From: Caedimonas varicaedens
GTDB lineage: Bacteria; Pseudomonadota; Alphaproteobacteria; Caedimonadales; Caedimonadaceae
Direction: 5' to 3'
Length of the DNA: 16,937 nt
Assembly (NCBI GenBank): GCA_001192655.1
Contig: BBVC01000060.1
Span: forward strand, 1 to 16,937
The position numbers and the translations under genes are program-made. Below the pieces are notes generated by a model, which was given only the letters and a program-made list of their open reading frames with translations, was not told where the DNA came from and searched no databases. Position 1 is the stretch's first letter. Each line of letters starts with the position of its first letter. Below are positions 1 through 7,057 of the stretch, one piece after another.

Positions 1-148
1 GCCACACAGCGGGACTATACACTTAGGCTCTCTTGATTATTCTGTGTTGCTCCGACGCAACTGCCTCTGTTGTTCGGGCGCACCCATATAATATTTGTCC
101 CATAATGCCTTCTACAAAGATGGTACTCTATCTATTGCCATTACACAA

Positions 149-651
149 TGGGGACTGTACATCTAGGAAGCTTTATTTGAGAAAACACAACGCTGTCCTG
201 ACCGTGAATTGACCATGATTGATGCGACCGTTGTTTGCACTCATGCCTATTCTGCCAGATATGGAAAGGACAGTCAGGAAAAGGAAGTTTTGGGGCAGAG
301 CAGAGGCGGGTTTACGACTAAAATCCATGCCCTGGTAAGAGATACTTGGGAATTTATTTTAACGCCAGGGCAACGCCATGAAATCACCCAGACACCCACC
401 TTAATCCAAGACATGGAAACGTGAATCATTGCAGATAAAGGATACAATCGTAATTCCTGTTATTCCTTTCAAAAGAAACCGAGAACATCCCCGAAATTAT
501 GGATGAACATATCTATAAAGAATAACATCTCATCGAATGTTTCTTCGGCAAAATCAAACACTTCAGGCGAATCTTCTCAAGATTTTATAAAACAGCTTTC
601 TTCTTTCTTGGACTTCCTACACTTTGTCCCTGTATTCATAGGGTTGAGATA
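149..651 (+). pseudogene. Decayed IS5-family (IS427/IS1031-like) DDE transposase remnant
   Basis: Frame 2 reads WGLYI*EALFEK (in-frame TAG 164-166), then MIDATVV..H...GQSRGGFTTKIHALV..ILTPGQRHEITQ, a typical IS5-family core. An in-frame TGA at 422-424 is followed by IIADKGY. Frame changes are then needed to read VIPFKRNREHPRNY and DEHIYKE*HLIECFFGKIKHFRRIFSRFYKTA (TAA at 523-525). There are weaker N-terminal traces from about nt 60. No intact ORF and no recognisable terminal inverted repeats. Confidence 0.8.
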
Positions 652-683
652 ATATCATTCAGAAAACCTAGTAGTTTCTATTT

Positions 684-2282
684 TTATTTGCCGCGCTTTC
701 CCGCGATTTGTTGAGCCCGCTTTTGGCGTGCTGCTTCTACTTTTTTCTTCTGAGCTGCAACAGCCTTTGCTTTCTGAGCTGCAACAGCCTTTGCTTTCTG
801 AGCTGCAACAGCCTTTGCTTTCTGAGCTGCAACAGCTTTTGCTTTCTGAGCTGCGACTGCTCTTGCTTTCTGAGCTGCAACAGCCTTTGCTTTCTGAGCT
901 GCAACAGCCTTTGCTTTCTGAGCTGCAACAGCTTTTGCTTTCTGAGCTGCGACTGCTCTTGCTTTCTGAGCTGCAACAGCTTTTGCTTTCTGAGCTGCGA
1001 CTGCCTTTGCTTTCTGAGCTGCAGCTCTTTGTACAGCGGCTCTTTGTATAGCAGCTTTTTGGTCAGCAGCTTTTTGCTCAGTGGCTCTTTGTATAGCAGC
1101 TTTTTGCTCAGCAGCTTTTTGCTCAGTGGCTCTTTGTACAGCGGCTCTTTGTATAGCAGCTTTTTGCTCAGTGGCTCTTTGTACAGCGGCTCTTTGTATA
1201 GCAGCTTTTTGCTCAGTGGCTCTTTGTATAGCAGCTTTTTGCTCAGTGGCTCTTTGTACAGCAGCTTTTTGGTCAGCGGCTCTTTGTACAGCAGCTTTTT
1301 GGTCAGCGGCTGCCTTTGCTTTCTGTGCCACTAATTGAGGCTTCTTTTTACGTGCCTCTTTCTCAACTCTCTCTAGTGCATTCCAGACGGGAAGCAATTT
1401 TTGTATATGTTCCCCTTCATTAAGCAAAGTTGGGTTAGTGCCAAGTGTTGTTACAAGGTTTTTTAAGTCTGCTTCAGTAGGCTTTGCTGGAAGTCTTCTA
1501 ATTATCTCTGAGAGAGCAGTTTCTTGCCCATCACTTAAAAGCCAATGCAATGTCACAATTGCTTTATATTTATTGAGATCCTGATCATCTCGATATCCAA
1601 CGTATGACCAGAAACTTGTTCCTCTATCAGGAGCTAAGCCTTGTATCTCTGGCTGGTTTCCAGAAAGAATAGTTCTCTGATCTGCGTTACTCGTGGGATG
1701 AGCAGAGAGACCAATATTTATCAATTCATTCGGTTGATGTCCCGTAAAGAATACACGATTTTCTTCACTATTAAATAAGCCTAACCTTAACTGTCTTACC
1801 TTATTATAGCTCAGCTCAGTTCCACTGGGTTCAGTTGCGTATTGAGGGCGAAAACAAACAACCGTTCCGCGCTCCCAGGGAAAATTTTGCCCTACCGCTA
1901 AGATTTTTAGGCAATCGTTTGTGACGTGGTTGAGTTCAAGTTCACGTCTGATAGAATCTGGTAACGCATTGCGAATACTCGTAGGAAAATGGACTTGTAG
2001 GGGAACATTTGCAACGCCATCATTTATTCTTTCACCATTCTGAGGATGATATGGATGAATCAAAGGTGCTTTTGGATATACTAAGGTAGAACCATAAATC
2101 CCAGAAATACCTTTATTTTCGTTATAATGCGGATCACCTTCATAGATAGATAAACGACGGGAAATAGAATACAACCCGCCTGCCATTTCTTTGGCTTCCG
2201 TTACTTCCAACGTACTGGCTTGAACAGTAAAAAGAGAAGGAAATAAGTTTACAGAACAGAAGAAAAAAATAAATAATTTCAT
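684..2282 (-). CDS. Exported protein: unassigned ~290-aa N-terminal domain plus ~215-aa Ala/Lys/Gln-rich tandem-repeat tail
   Basis: 532-codon ORF with an ATG start. The N-terminus MKLFIFFFCSVNLFPSLFTVQA looks like a Sec signal peptide. The body is paralogous to 5706..6701. The C-terminal third is built from AAQKAKAV octads and [TA][ED]QKA / A[VI]QRA pentads. Confidence 0.85.
   Translation of the reverse strand: MKLFIFFFCSVNLFPSLFTVQASTLEVTEAKEMAGGLYSISRRLSIYEGDPHYNENKGISGIYGSTLVYPKAPLIHPYHPQNGERINDGVANVPLQVHFPTSIRNALPDSIRRELELNHVTNDCLKILAVGQNFPWERGTVVCFRPQYATEPSGTELSYNKVRQLRLGLFNSEENRVFFTGHQPNELINIGLSAHPTSNADQRTILSGNQPEIQGLAPDRGTSFWSYVGYRDDQDLNKYKAIVTLHWLLSDGQETALSEIIRRLPAKPTEADLKNLVTTLGTNPTLLNEGEHIQKLLPVWNALERVEKEARKKKPQLVAQKAKAAADQKAAVQRAADQKAAVQRATEQKAAIQRATEQKAAIQRAAVQRATEQKAAIQRAAVQRATEQKAAEQKAAIQRATEQKAADQKAAIQRAAVQRAAAQKAKAVAAQKAKAVAAQKARAVAAQKAKAVAAQKAKAVAAQKAKAVAAQKARAVAAQKAKAVAAQKAKAVAAQKAKAVAAQKAKAVAAQKKKVEAARQKRAQQIAGKRGK
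750..1023. repeat. Tandem array of 11 full 24-bp units (ctgagctgcaacagcctttgcttt and 3 variants) plus a partial 12th
   Basis: Units counted directly at 750, 774, 798 ... 990. Block 774-869 is identical to 870-965, a 96-bp higher-order duplication. The array is in frame with the minus-strand CDS (8 aa per unit). Confidence 0.95.
1024..1308. repeat. Tandem array of 19 modules of 15 bp (types gctctttgta[ct]agc[ag] and gctttttg[cg]tcag[tc][ga])
   Basis: Modules counted directly and all in frame (5 aa each). A degenerate copy of the 24-bp unit follows at 1309-1331. Confidence 0.9.
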
Positions 2283-2414
2283 GGATACTCTTTTTTAAAA
2301 AAATATATATACAACATAACATAAGTACTTAATTGAAACAATCAAGATTTAATTGTCAAAAAATGTGAATTGAATGTGTATACCATATAAATTAAGAATT
2401 AATGATTACTGAGA

Positions 2415-3743
2415 TTAATTTTGTTCTAGTATGCGAGCTTTTTTATTCCATGTAAGAGCAAAGAAAAAAGCACCAAAAGCAGAAGAAATAATAAAGAAGT
2501 TGAAACCCCAGGCCCATCCATAAAGGTGGACAATTTTTCCGACGCCAATAGCAGAGATGGCAGAGCCTGCGTAGGCAAAGCTTCCCGTCAGTCCTGTCGC
2601 CACACCTGCAGCACGTTTTGATGTCAAGTCAGCGCTTGCAATTCCTGCCATTACTTGAGGCCCATAAACCAGAAAACCTGCTAACATTAAAACAAAAGTA
2701 TCAAAGAGTTCATACCCCGCAGGAATTAGCCAAATTATCCCAATAGAAAATGCGCATCCTGTCATAAATAGAGCTCCCACAGGTCCTCGTCGCCCATCAA
2801 AAACGTGATCTGAAAGCCAGCCAGCTGTAATACCGCCCAGTAAGCCGGCAATTTCAAAAGCAGCGAGCTGTAACCCGGCAATAGCCAGACTGACGCCTTT
2901 CACTTCCTTTAAAAACATAGGTGCCCAAAAGAAAATCCCCATGCGTGGAATATAAAGGCACATTTGGGCTAAACCAACGAACCAGACGTATTTATTTGCA
3001 AGAACGATCTTCATAACTTCACGAAGGTTTATGCGTTCTTCTTCATGGGGGTCAATTTTAACGATATCACCCTTGTATTCTTCTACAGGAGGGAGCCCTA
3101 CGGTGCGTGGCGTATCCCGAAGACGATCAAAAAGAAAAATAGAAAGCAGTGCCGCAATAATTGCGGGGATCCAAAAGATTGAGCGCCAGCCGTACTGGTT
3201 ATTAATCAGGTATCCAGCGAGCAAAAAAATTGCTGCCGCACCAATTTGGTGAGAAGAAGCCCAAAAAGCCCACTTTGTGCCAAGTTCACGAGGTGCAAAC
3301 CAATGAGTAACAAGACGAGCGCAGGGTGGCCATCCCATGGACTGAAACCATGCATTGAGAATCCATACGCCTCCAAAAAATATTAAACTTTCCCCATATG
3401 CCATGCCATAGCTTGTAATGGCTGCTCCCAAAAGACCTAACGTCATAAAATAACGGGCATTAGAACGATCGCTTATATAACCATTAATGAATTTACCTAT
3501 TCCATAAGCAATTGACCACCAAGTGCCAATCCATCCAAGATCTACTTTTGTAAAGCCGAACTCTTCAGACATTCCTGGCATTGCCATGGAAAAATTTTGT
3601 CTTACAAGGTAGAAAGCAGCATATCCAATGATAGAGGCATACATAATACGCAGGCGCCAATAACGATAAGAATTTTTCTCGAGAGTAACAAGTTTAGTAT
3701 ATGTATTCAGCAAGTTTACAGAGATTGCCATTGCCATAGACAT
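2415..3743 (-). CDS. MFS transporter, organophosphate:Pi antiporter (OPA) family (GlpT/UhpC-like)
   Basis: RLRIMYASIIGYAAFYLVRQNFSMAMPGM and WSIAYGIGKFINGYISDRSNARYF match the OPA-family N-terminal signatures, and hydrophobicity suggests about 12 TM helices. The ORF is open to a TTG at 3827. The ATG at 3743 is preceded by GGAGGG 9 nt upstream and gives a GlpT-like length of ~442 aa. Confidence 0.85.
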   Translation of the reverse strand: MSMAMAISVNLLNTYTKLVTLEKNSYRYWRLRIMYASIIGYAAFYLVRQNFSMAMPGMSEEFGFTKVDLGWIGTWWSIAYGIGKFINGYISDRSNARYFMTLGLLGAAITSYGMAYGESLIFFGGVWILNAWFQSMGWPPCARLVTHWFAPRELGTKWAFWASSHQIGAAAIFLLAGYLINNQYGWRSIFWIPAIIAALLSIFLFDRLRDTPRTVGLPPVEEYKGDIVKIDPHEEERINLREVMKIVLANKYVWFVGLAQMCLYIPRMGIFFWAPMFLKEVKGVSLAIAGLQLAAFEIAGLLGGITAGWLSDHVFDGRRGPVGALFMTGCAFSIGIIWLIPAGYELFDTFVLMLAGFLVYGPQVMAGIASADLTSKRAAGVATGLTGSFAYAGSAISAIGVGKIVHLYGWAWGFNFFIISSAFGAFFFALTWNKKARILEQN

Positions 3744-3931
3744 CAGGATTGACCCTCCATTGAATCGATATTGTGACCAGATGGTATCGAAAGAATAGAA
3801 AAAAAGAAATACTTTTTTAACACTCAATTAACTAAACATACACTAAGTCCAACAATCAAAAATCTTTTTTGTTGCCAAACAAGCGAATATAAGCTACCAA
3901 ACCTTAAAAAATAAAAATTAAGGGACCTTGA

Positions 3932-4948
3932 ATGTCAGATCTTTCATTGAAAATATCTTCCAGTATTTATCCTCTCGCACGTATGCGGCGTAATAGGCGC
4001 CATGATTGGATCAGAGACCTAGTTGCAGAGACTTCCCTGGCAGCAAAAGACTTTATTTGGTCGATCTTTGTTCGTGAAAATTCTCTTTCTCCAGAAATCA
4101 GCAGTATGCCTGCCATTTATCGTTATTCTGTGGATGAACTTACAGATGCAGTGGGGATTGCCGGTGATCTAGGACTGAGGGCTATCGCTCTTTTTCCTGT
4201 TATTGAGAGCGAGAAAAGAACACATGATGCAAGGGAGCTTTTTAATTCCGGCGGAGTGCTCTATAAAGCAATTCAGGTTTTAAAGAAAAATTTTCCTCAT
4301 ATTGGTATTATCACAGACCCTGCATTGGATTCCTTTACAGACCATGGTCATGATGGCCTTTACATAAATGATGACGTCCCCAATGATGAGAGTGTTCAAG
4401 TTATTTGCCAGCATGCTCTTTTACAGGCTCAGGCGGGCGCTGATATGGTGGCTCCTTCTGACATGATGGATGGACGAGTTGGTGAAATCAGGAAGCTTCT
4501 TGATCAAAAGGGTTACCACGATGTGGGGATTATGTCTTATGCAGCAAAATACGCTTCAAATTTTTATGCCCCTTTCCGTGAAGCTTTGGGCTCTGACCAT
4601 TGTTTGAAAAAGGGTCATAAACGTACTTATCAGATGGATCCTGCCAATGTTCGCGAGGCGTTGCGAGAGGTTGCTCTTGACCTTTCAGAAGGAGCTGATT
4701 GTGTTATGATTAAACCCGGTCTTCCTTATCTGGATGTTATTCGACAAGTTAAGGATCGTTTCCTTGTTCCCACATTTGCTTTTCATGTTAGCGGAGAATA
4801 CGCTATGTTGAAAGTTGCTGCGGAAGCGGGAATGTTGTCCTATGAAAAGACATTGATAGAAATGATGACATGCTTTAAGCGGGCAGGAGCAGATGGCGTT
4901 ATTACCTATAGCGCCGTAGATATGTTGAAGCTTTTAAAACAAGGGTAA
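3932..4948 (+). CDS. hemB: Porphobilinogen synthase (delta-aminolevulinic acid dehydratase)
   Basis: RMRRNRR near the N-terminus, the metal-site motif DPALDSFTDHGHDG (Asp-rich, non-Cys type), APSDMMDGRV, MSYAAKYAS.FY.PFREA, the active-site MIKPG and HVSGEYAM. AAGGGA Shine-Dalgarno upstream. Confidence 0.95.
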   Translation: MSDLSLKISSSIYPLARMRRNRRHDWIRDLVAETSLAAKDFIWSIFVRENSLSPEISSMPAIYRYSVDELTDAVGIAGDLGLRAIALFPVIESEKRTHDARELFNSGGVLYKAIQVLKKNFPHIGIITDPALDSFTDHGHDGLYINDDVPNDESVQVICQHALLQAQAGADMVAPSDMMDGRVGEIRKLLDQKGYHDVGIMSYAAKYASNFYAPFREALGSDHCLKKGHKRTYQMDPANVREALREVALDLSEGADCVMIKPGLPYLDVIRQVKDRFLVPTFAFHVSGEYAMLKVAAEAGMLSYEKTLIEMMTCFKRAGADGVITYSAVDMLKLLKQG

Positions 4949-4952
4949 GGTA

Positions 4953-5237
4953 TTGTTTTCTTCTACTTGTATAAAATTTTTTTTAGTGACTATCGTACTG
5001 TTGCTAACCGGTTGTATTGGGTCAATTATTCTTTTTGGAGATGAAAAACCGGGTGAATTCGGTAATCTTGCAAGTGTGCCTGATCGGCCTGCTCCCAATA
5101 ATCTTCAAGATTACAAAGAAGAAATAAAACACCTTCAGCAAGAGCACAAAGAGGCAGAGGATATAAACAAAAACATTCGTGCTGATTATATACTTACCGA
5201 ACCCAAAAAAGCTTCAGAAAAAGTAAATAAACCTTAA
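4953..5237 (+). CDS. Hypothetical small lipoprotein
   Basis: ORF begins 4 nt after hemB. The N-terminus carries a lipobox-like VLLLTGC, followed by a charged, low-complexity body. Start uncertain (TTG at 4953, or the GTG further in at VTIVLL). No homology recognised. Confidence 0.45.
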   Translation: MFSSTCIKFFLVTIVLLLTGCIGSIILFGDEKPGEFGNLASVPDRPAPNNLQDYKEEIKHLQQEHKEAEDINKNIRADYILTEPKKASEKVNKP

Positions 5238-5379
5238 ATCAAATACTTACATCTCAGAGTTTTCTTCACTTTTCAATCCTGCTCAAAAAATGTCGGGTCG
5301 TGAGATAAAAATATCTAATGCGTATATTAATGCTCAGTGCTACAATCAAGCATCTGTTCATAATTAGGGGAGTTTAAGG

Positions 5380-5619
5380 ATGAAATTTCTATCAAATTCT
5401 ACTCTATCAATTTTATTTACTTTTATAATAATTGGTATAACTTCTCAAAGTGCTAAAGCAGATATTCTATGTGTAGAAGCAATAGAGACTAAAGAACAAG
5501 CCAATAAAGTGTGCAGTAAAGTTTGCAATGTTCCTTACTTTGCATGGTTTGGTGAGTGGCATAAGAAGAGTCCAATCTGTATCAATGGTTCTGCGTGTGT
5601 ATGCGAAAAAACGAATTAG
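5380..5619 (+). CDS. Small secreted cysteine-rich protein (about 52 aa mature, 6 Cys)
   Basis: AGGGGAG Shine-Dalgarno 8 nt upstream of the ATG. Signal peptide ends ..SQSAKA. The mature part DILCVEA..ANKVCSKVCNVPYFAWFGEWHKKSPICINGSACVCEK has 6 Cys. Confidence 0.6.
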   Translation: MKFLSNSTLSILFTFIIIGITSQSAKADILCVEAIETKEQANKVCSKVCNVPYFAWFGEWHKKSPICINGSACVCEKTN

Positions 5620-5705
5620 CAACCTACAAATGGCCTAGCTAGAGCAATCAGTCATCATATAATCCACGAAAATTAAAGCTGCAGGATGAGTCGGCTTTTG
5701 AGGTT

Positions 5706-6701
5706 TTATCCTTTGAAATTTAATGTTTCGTAGATGTCTTTCAATTTTTGAAGTTGTACAGTATTCTGAAAACTCTGTAATTCACTCAGGGGATCAATAA
5801 CCCATTGTTTCAAAGTATTAATATCATCATCGGGATGAGGTGCGTGATGTTCGAAAAGGTTTTTAAAATGCTCTGAAATATCAGTTCTTTGAGCATCATT
5901 TATAATCAGGTGAAGAGTGGCGATACCTTTATTTCTTTGGTTATCATCCTGATCTTCATAATCAAGGTATGACCAGAAAACTGTTCCTTTTTGCACATCA
6001 AAAAGCGTCTTTCCAGTTTTCGAATCAAACTTTTGATCCCAATCAATATGCAGATTATTCGGGGATGCAACAGTGTAACCATCTTTTCGTGAATGGGTAT
6101 GAACCTGAAATATATCGAGGTAATTGGGACGGAGTTGACCTTTGCCCTTTAAAAAAGCTAAATTAGCGTTATCGTGAAATAATCCTGCTCGTATATTTCT
6201 TTTTATATCCTTGTAGTTCTTTGTAACTGCATTAGGTTCAAGAGCATAATTGGGACGTAAACAAACGAGTTGTTTTTCGTTCCAGGGAAAATTTTGCATA
6301 CATAAAAAGATTTTTAACTGATTACTTCCAATCTCCTTCTTTTGAATGGCATCCTTGATACCTTGCGGTAATAGATCAGTCATTATTGCAGGAAGATGAG
6401 CAACCAGGGGAATGGTAGGACGTCCATCATCACAGTCAGGTCTTGATACGCCATTAATATGATAAGGATGAATGATGGGTATCTTCGGGAACTTCTCTGC
6501 GACGTAAATTTTTGTGAATCCTTTATGTTCATTATAGTGATCTTCTCCTTTATAGAGGCAGACACGATGAGAAGCTCTAATTCTTATACCTTCTTGATCT
6601 CCTTCTCGTCGAGCTTCTACAATTTCTATGCCCCCATAAGCCATAGGGCAAGAAAGAATGGTGCTTACAGAAAAAGCTAATAAATATAAAGAGAAAAACA
6701 T
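5706..6701 (-). CDS. Exported protein, tail-less paralogue of the 684..2282 N-terminal domain
   Basis: Shared blocks, copy 2 / copy 1: YKGEDHYNEHKG/YEGDPHYNENKG, IPIIHPYH/APLIHPYH, IPLVAHLP/VPLQVHFP, LKIFLCMQNFPWNEKQLVCLRPNYALEP/LKILAVGQNFPWERGTVVCFRPQYATEP, GTVFWSYLDYEDQDD/GTSFWSYVGYRDDQD, KGIATLHLII/KAIVTLHWLL. The ATG at 6701 has AAGGA upstream and starts a signal-like MFFSLYLLAFSVSTILS. The ORF is open to 6770, but that extension looks spurious. Confidence 0.8.
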   Translation of the reverse strand: MFFSLYLLAFSVSTILSCPMAYGGIEIVEARREGDQEGIRIRASHRVCLYKGEDHYNEHKGFTKIYVAEKFPKIPIIHPYHINGVSRPDCDDGRPTIPLVAHLPAIMTDLLPQGIKDAIQKKEIGSNQLKIFLCMQNFPWNEKQLVCLRPNYALEPNAVTKNYKDIKRNIRAGLFHDNANLAFLKGKGQLRPNYLDIFQVHTHSRKDGYTVASPNNLHIDWDQKFDSKTGKTLFDVQKGTVFWSYLDYEDQDDNQRNKGIATLHLIINDAQRTDISEHFKNLFEHHAPHPDDDINTLKQWVIDPLSELQSFQNTVQLQKLKDIYETLNFKG

Positions 6702-7057
6702 AAAATAAATTCCTTCATTATTATATATAAAATACACATACATATTATATTTATTCCAGAAAAAAATCAATAACTACGTGTCAATTACATAAAATGACAA
6801 GCAATTATTACTTTTATAACTATATTATTAGGTGAAAAACCCTAATAAACATTTGAACATTATTAAAAAATATTATTTTATACCAAAATCAATTACATAG
6901 TTGCTTAATAGGCTAAATTTTAGTAAAGTTTTAGATATCAGTGAGGATGAAAAGAGTTACTGTTTTTCATTCGCGGTGTAGGCTCTTCTCCAGAAGAGTT
7001 CGTAGCGGATAGATCTTTTGTGACAACAGAAAGGTGATATGATGAAAATTGTTAAAT

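Noticed and set aside
750-1308. Regular short repeats that might suggest a CRISPR array.
   Set aside because: Units are contiguous with no unique spacers, have 24- and 15-bp periods, and lie in frame inside a CDS. They are coding tandem repeats, not CRISPR.
708-1338. ORFs 708..1334 (+), 728..1051 (+), 737..976 (-) and 1081..1338 (+), with repetitive translations (SCNSLCFL, LSELQQP, LRKQ..).
   Set aside because: They are alternative-frame or antisense readings of the same tandem DNA repeats. Any frame of a stop-free repeat stays open. Only the minus-strand frame continues into a signal peptide and a conserved paralogous domain.
3031-3252. Short ORFs antisense to or nested in confident genes: 2140..2322, 3031..3252, 5969..6166, 6383..6565, 6459..6680, 7323..7523, 7797..7988, 8177..8401, 8352..8555, 8690..8926, 8994..9284, 9079..9357, 9266..9481, 10007..10237, 10661..10915, 10750..10947, 10966..11151, 11556..11863, 12087..12287, 12678..12974, 13265..13501, 15794..16147, 16227..16577 and 16692..16910.
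   Set aside because: All overlap well-supported CDSs in other frames. They lack an RBS or any recognisable similarity, and their sizes are typical of chance ORFs.
3744-3827. N-terminal extensions offered by the ORF track for several genes: 3827 for the MFS gene, 6770 for the paralogue, 8186 for NDUFA12-like, 8481 for mlaD and 14407 for the symporter.
   Set aside because: The extensions use TTG or poor starts, add non-homologous residues, or overlap the upstream gene heavily (8481 overlaps 80 nt of the NDUFA12-like gene). Internal ATGs with Shine-Dalgarno motifs fit family lengths better.
3932-4948. Asp-rich (DPALDSFTDHGHDG) rather than Cys-rich metal site in HemB.
   Set aside because: It is real, but it is a well-known natural variant (Zn-independent PBGS), so it is not novel.
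6781-6899. An 11-nt direct repeat tcaattacata at 6781-6791 and 6889-6899, upstream of the second paralogue.
   Set aside because: In a ~355-bp region this AT-rich, a single 11-mer recurrence could be chance. It has no dyad symmetry or third copy to support a binding site.
6983-6998. Hairpin CTCTTC-tcca-GAAGAG just downstream of the LysR stop, considered as a terminator.
   Set aside because: The stem is only 6 bp and no T-run follows on either strand.
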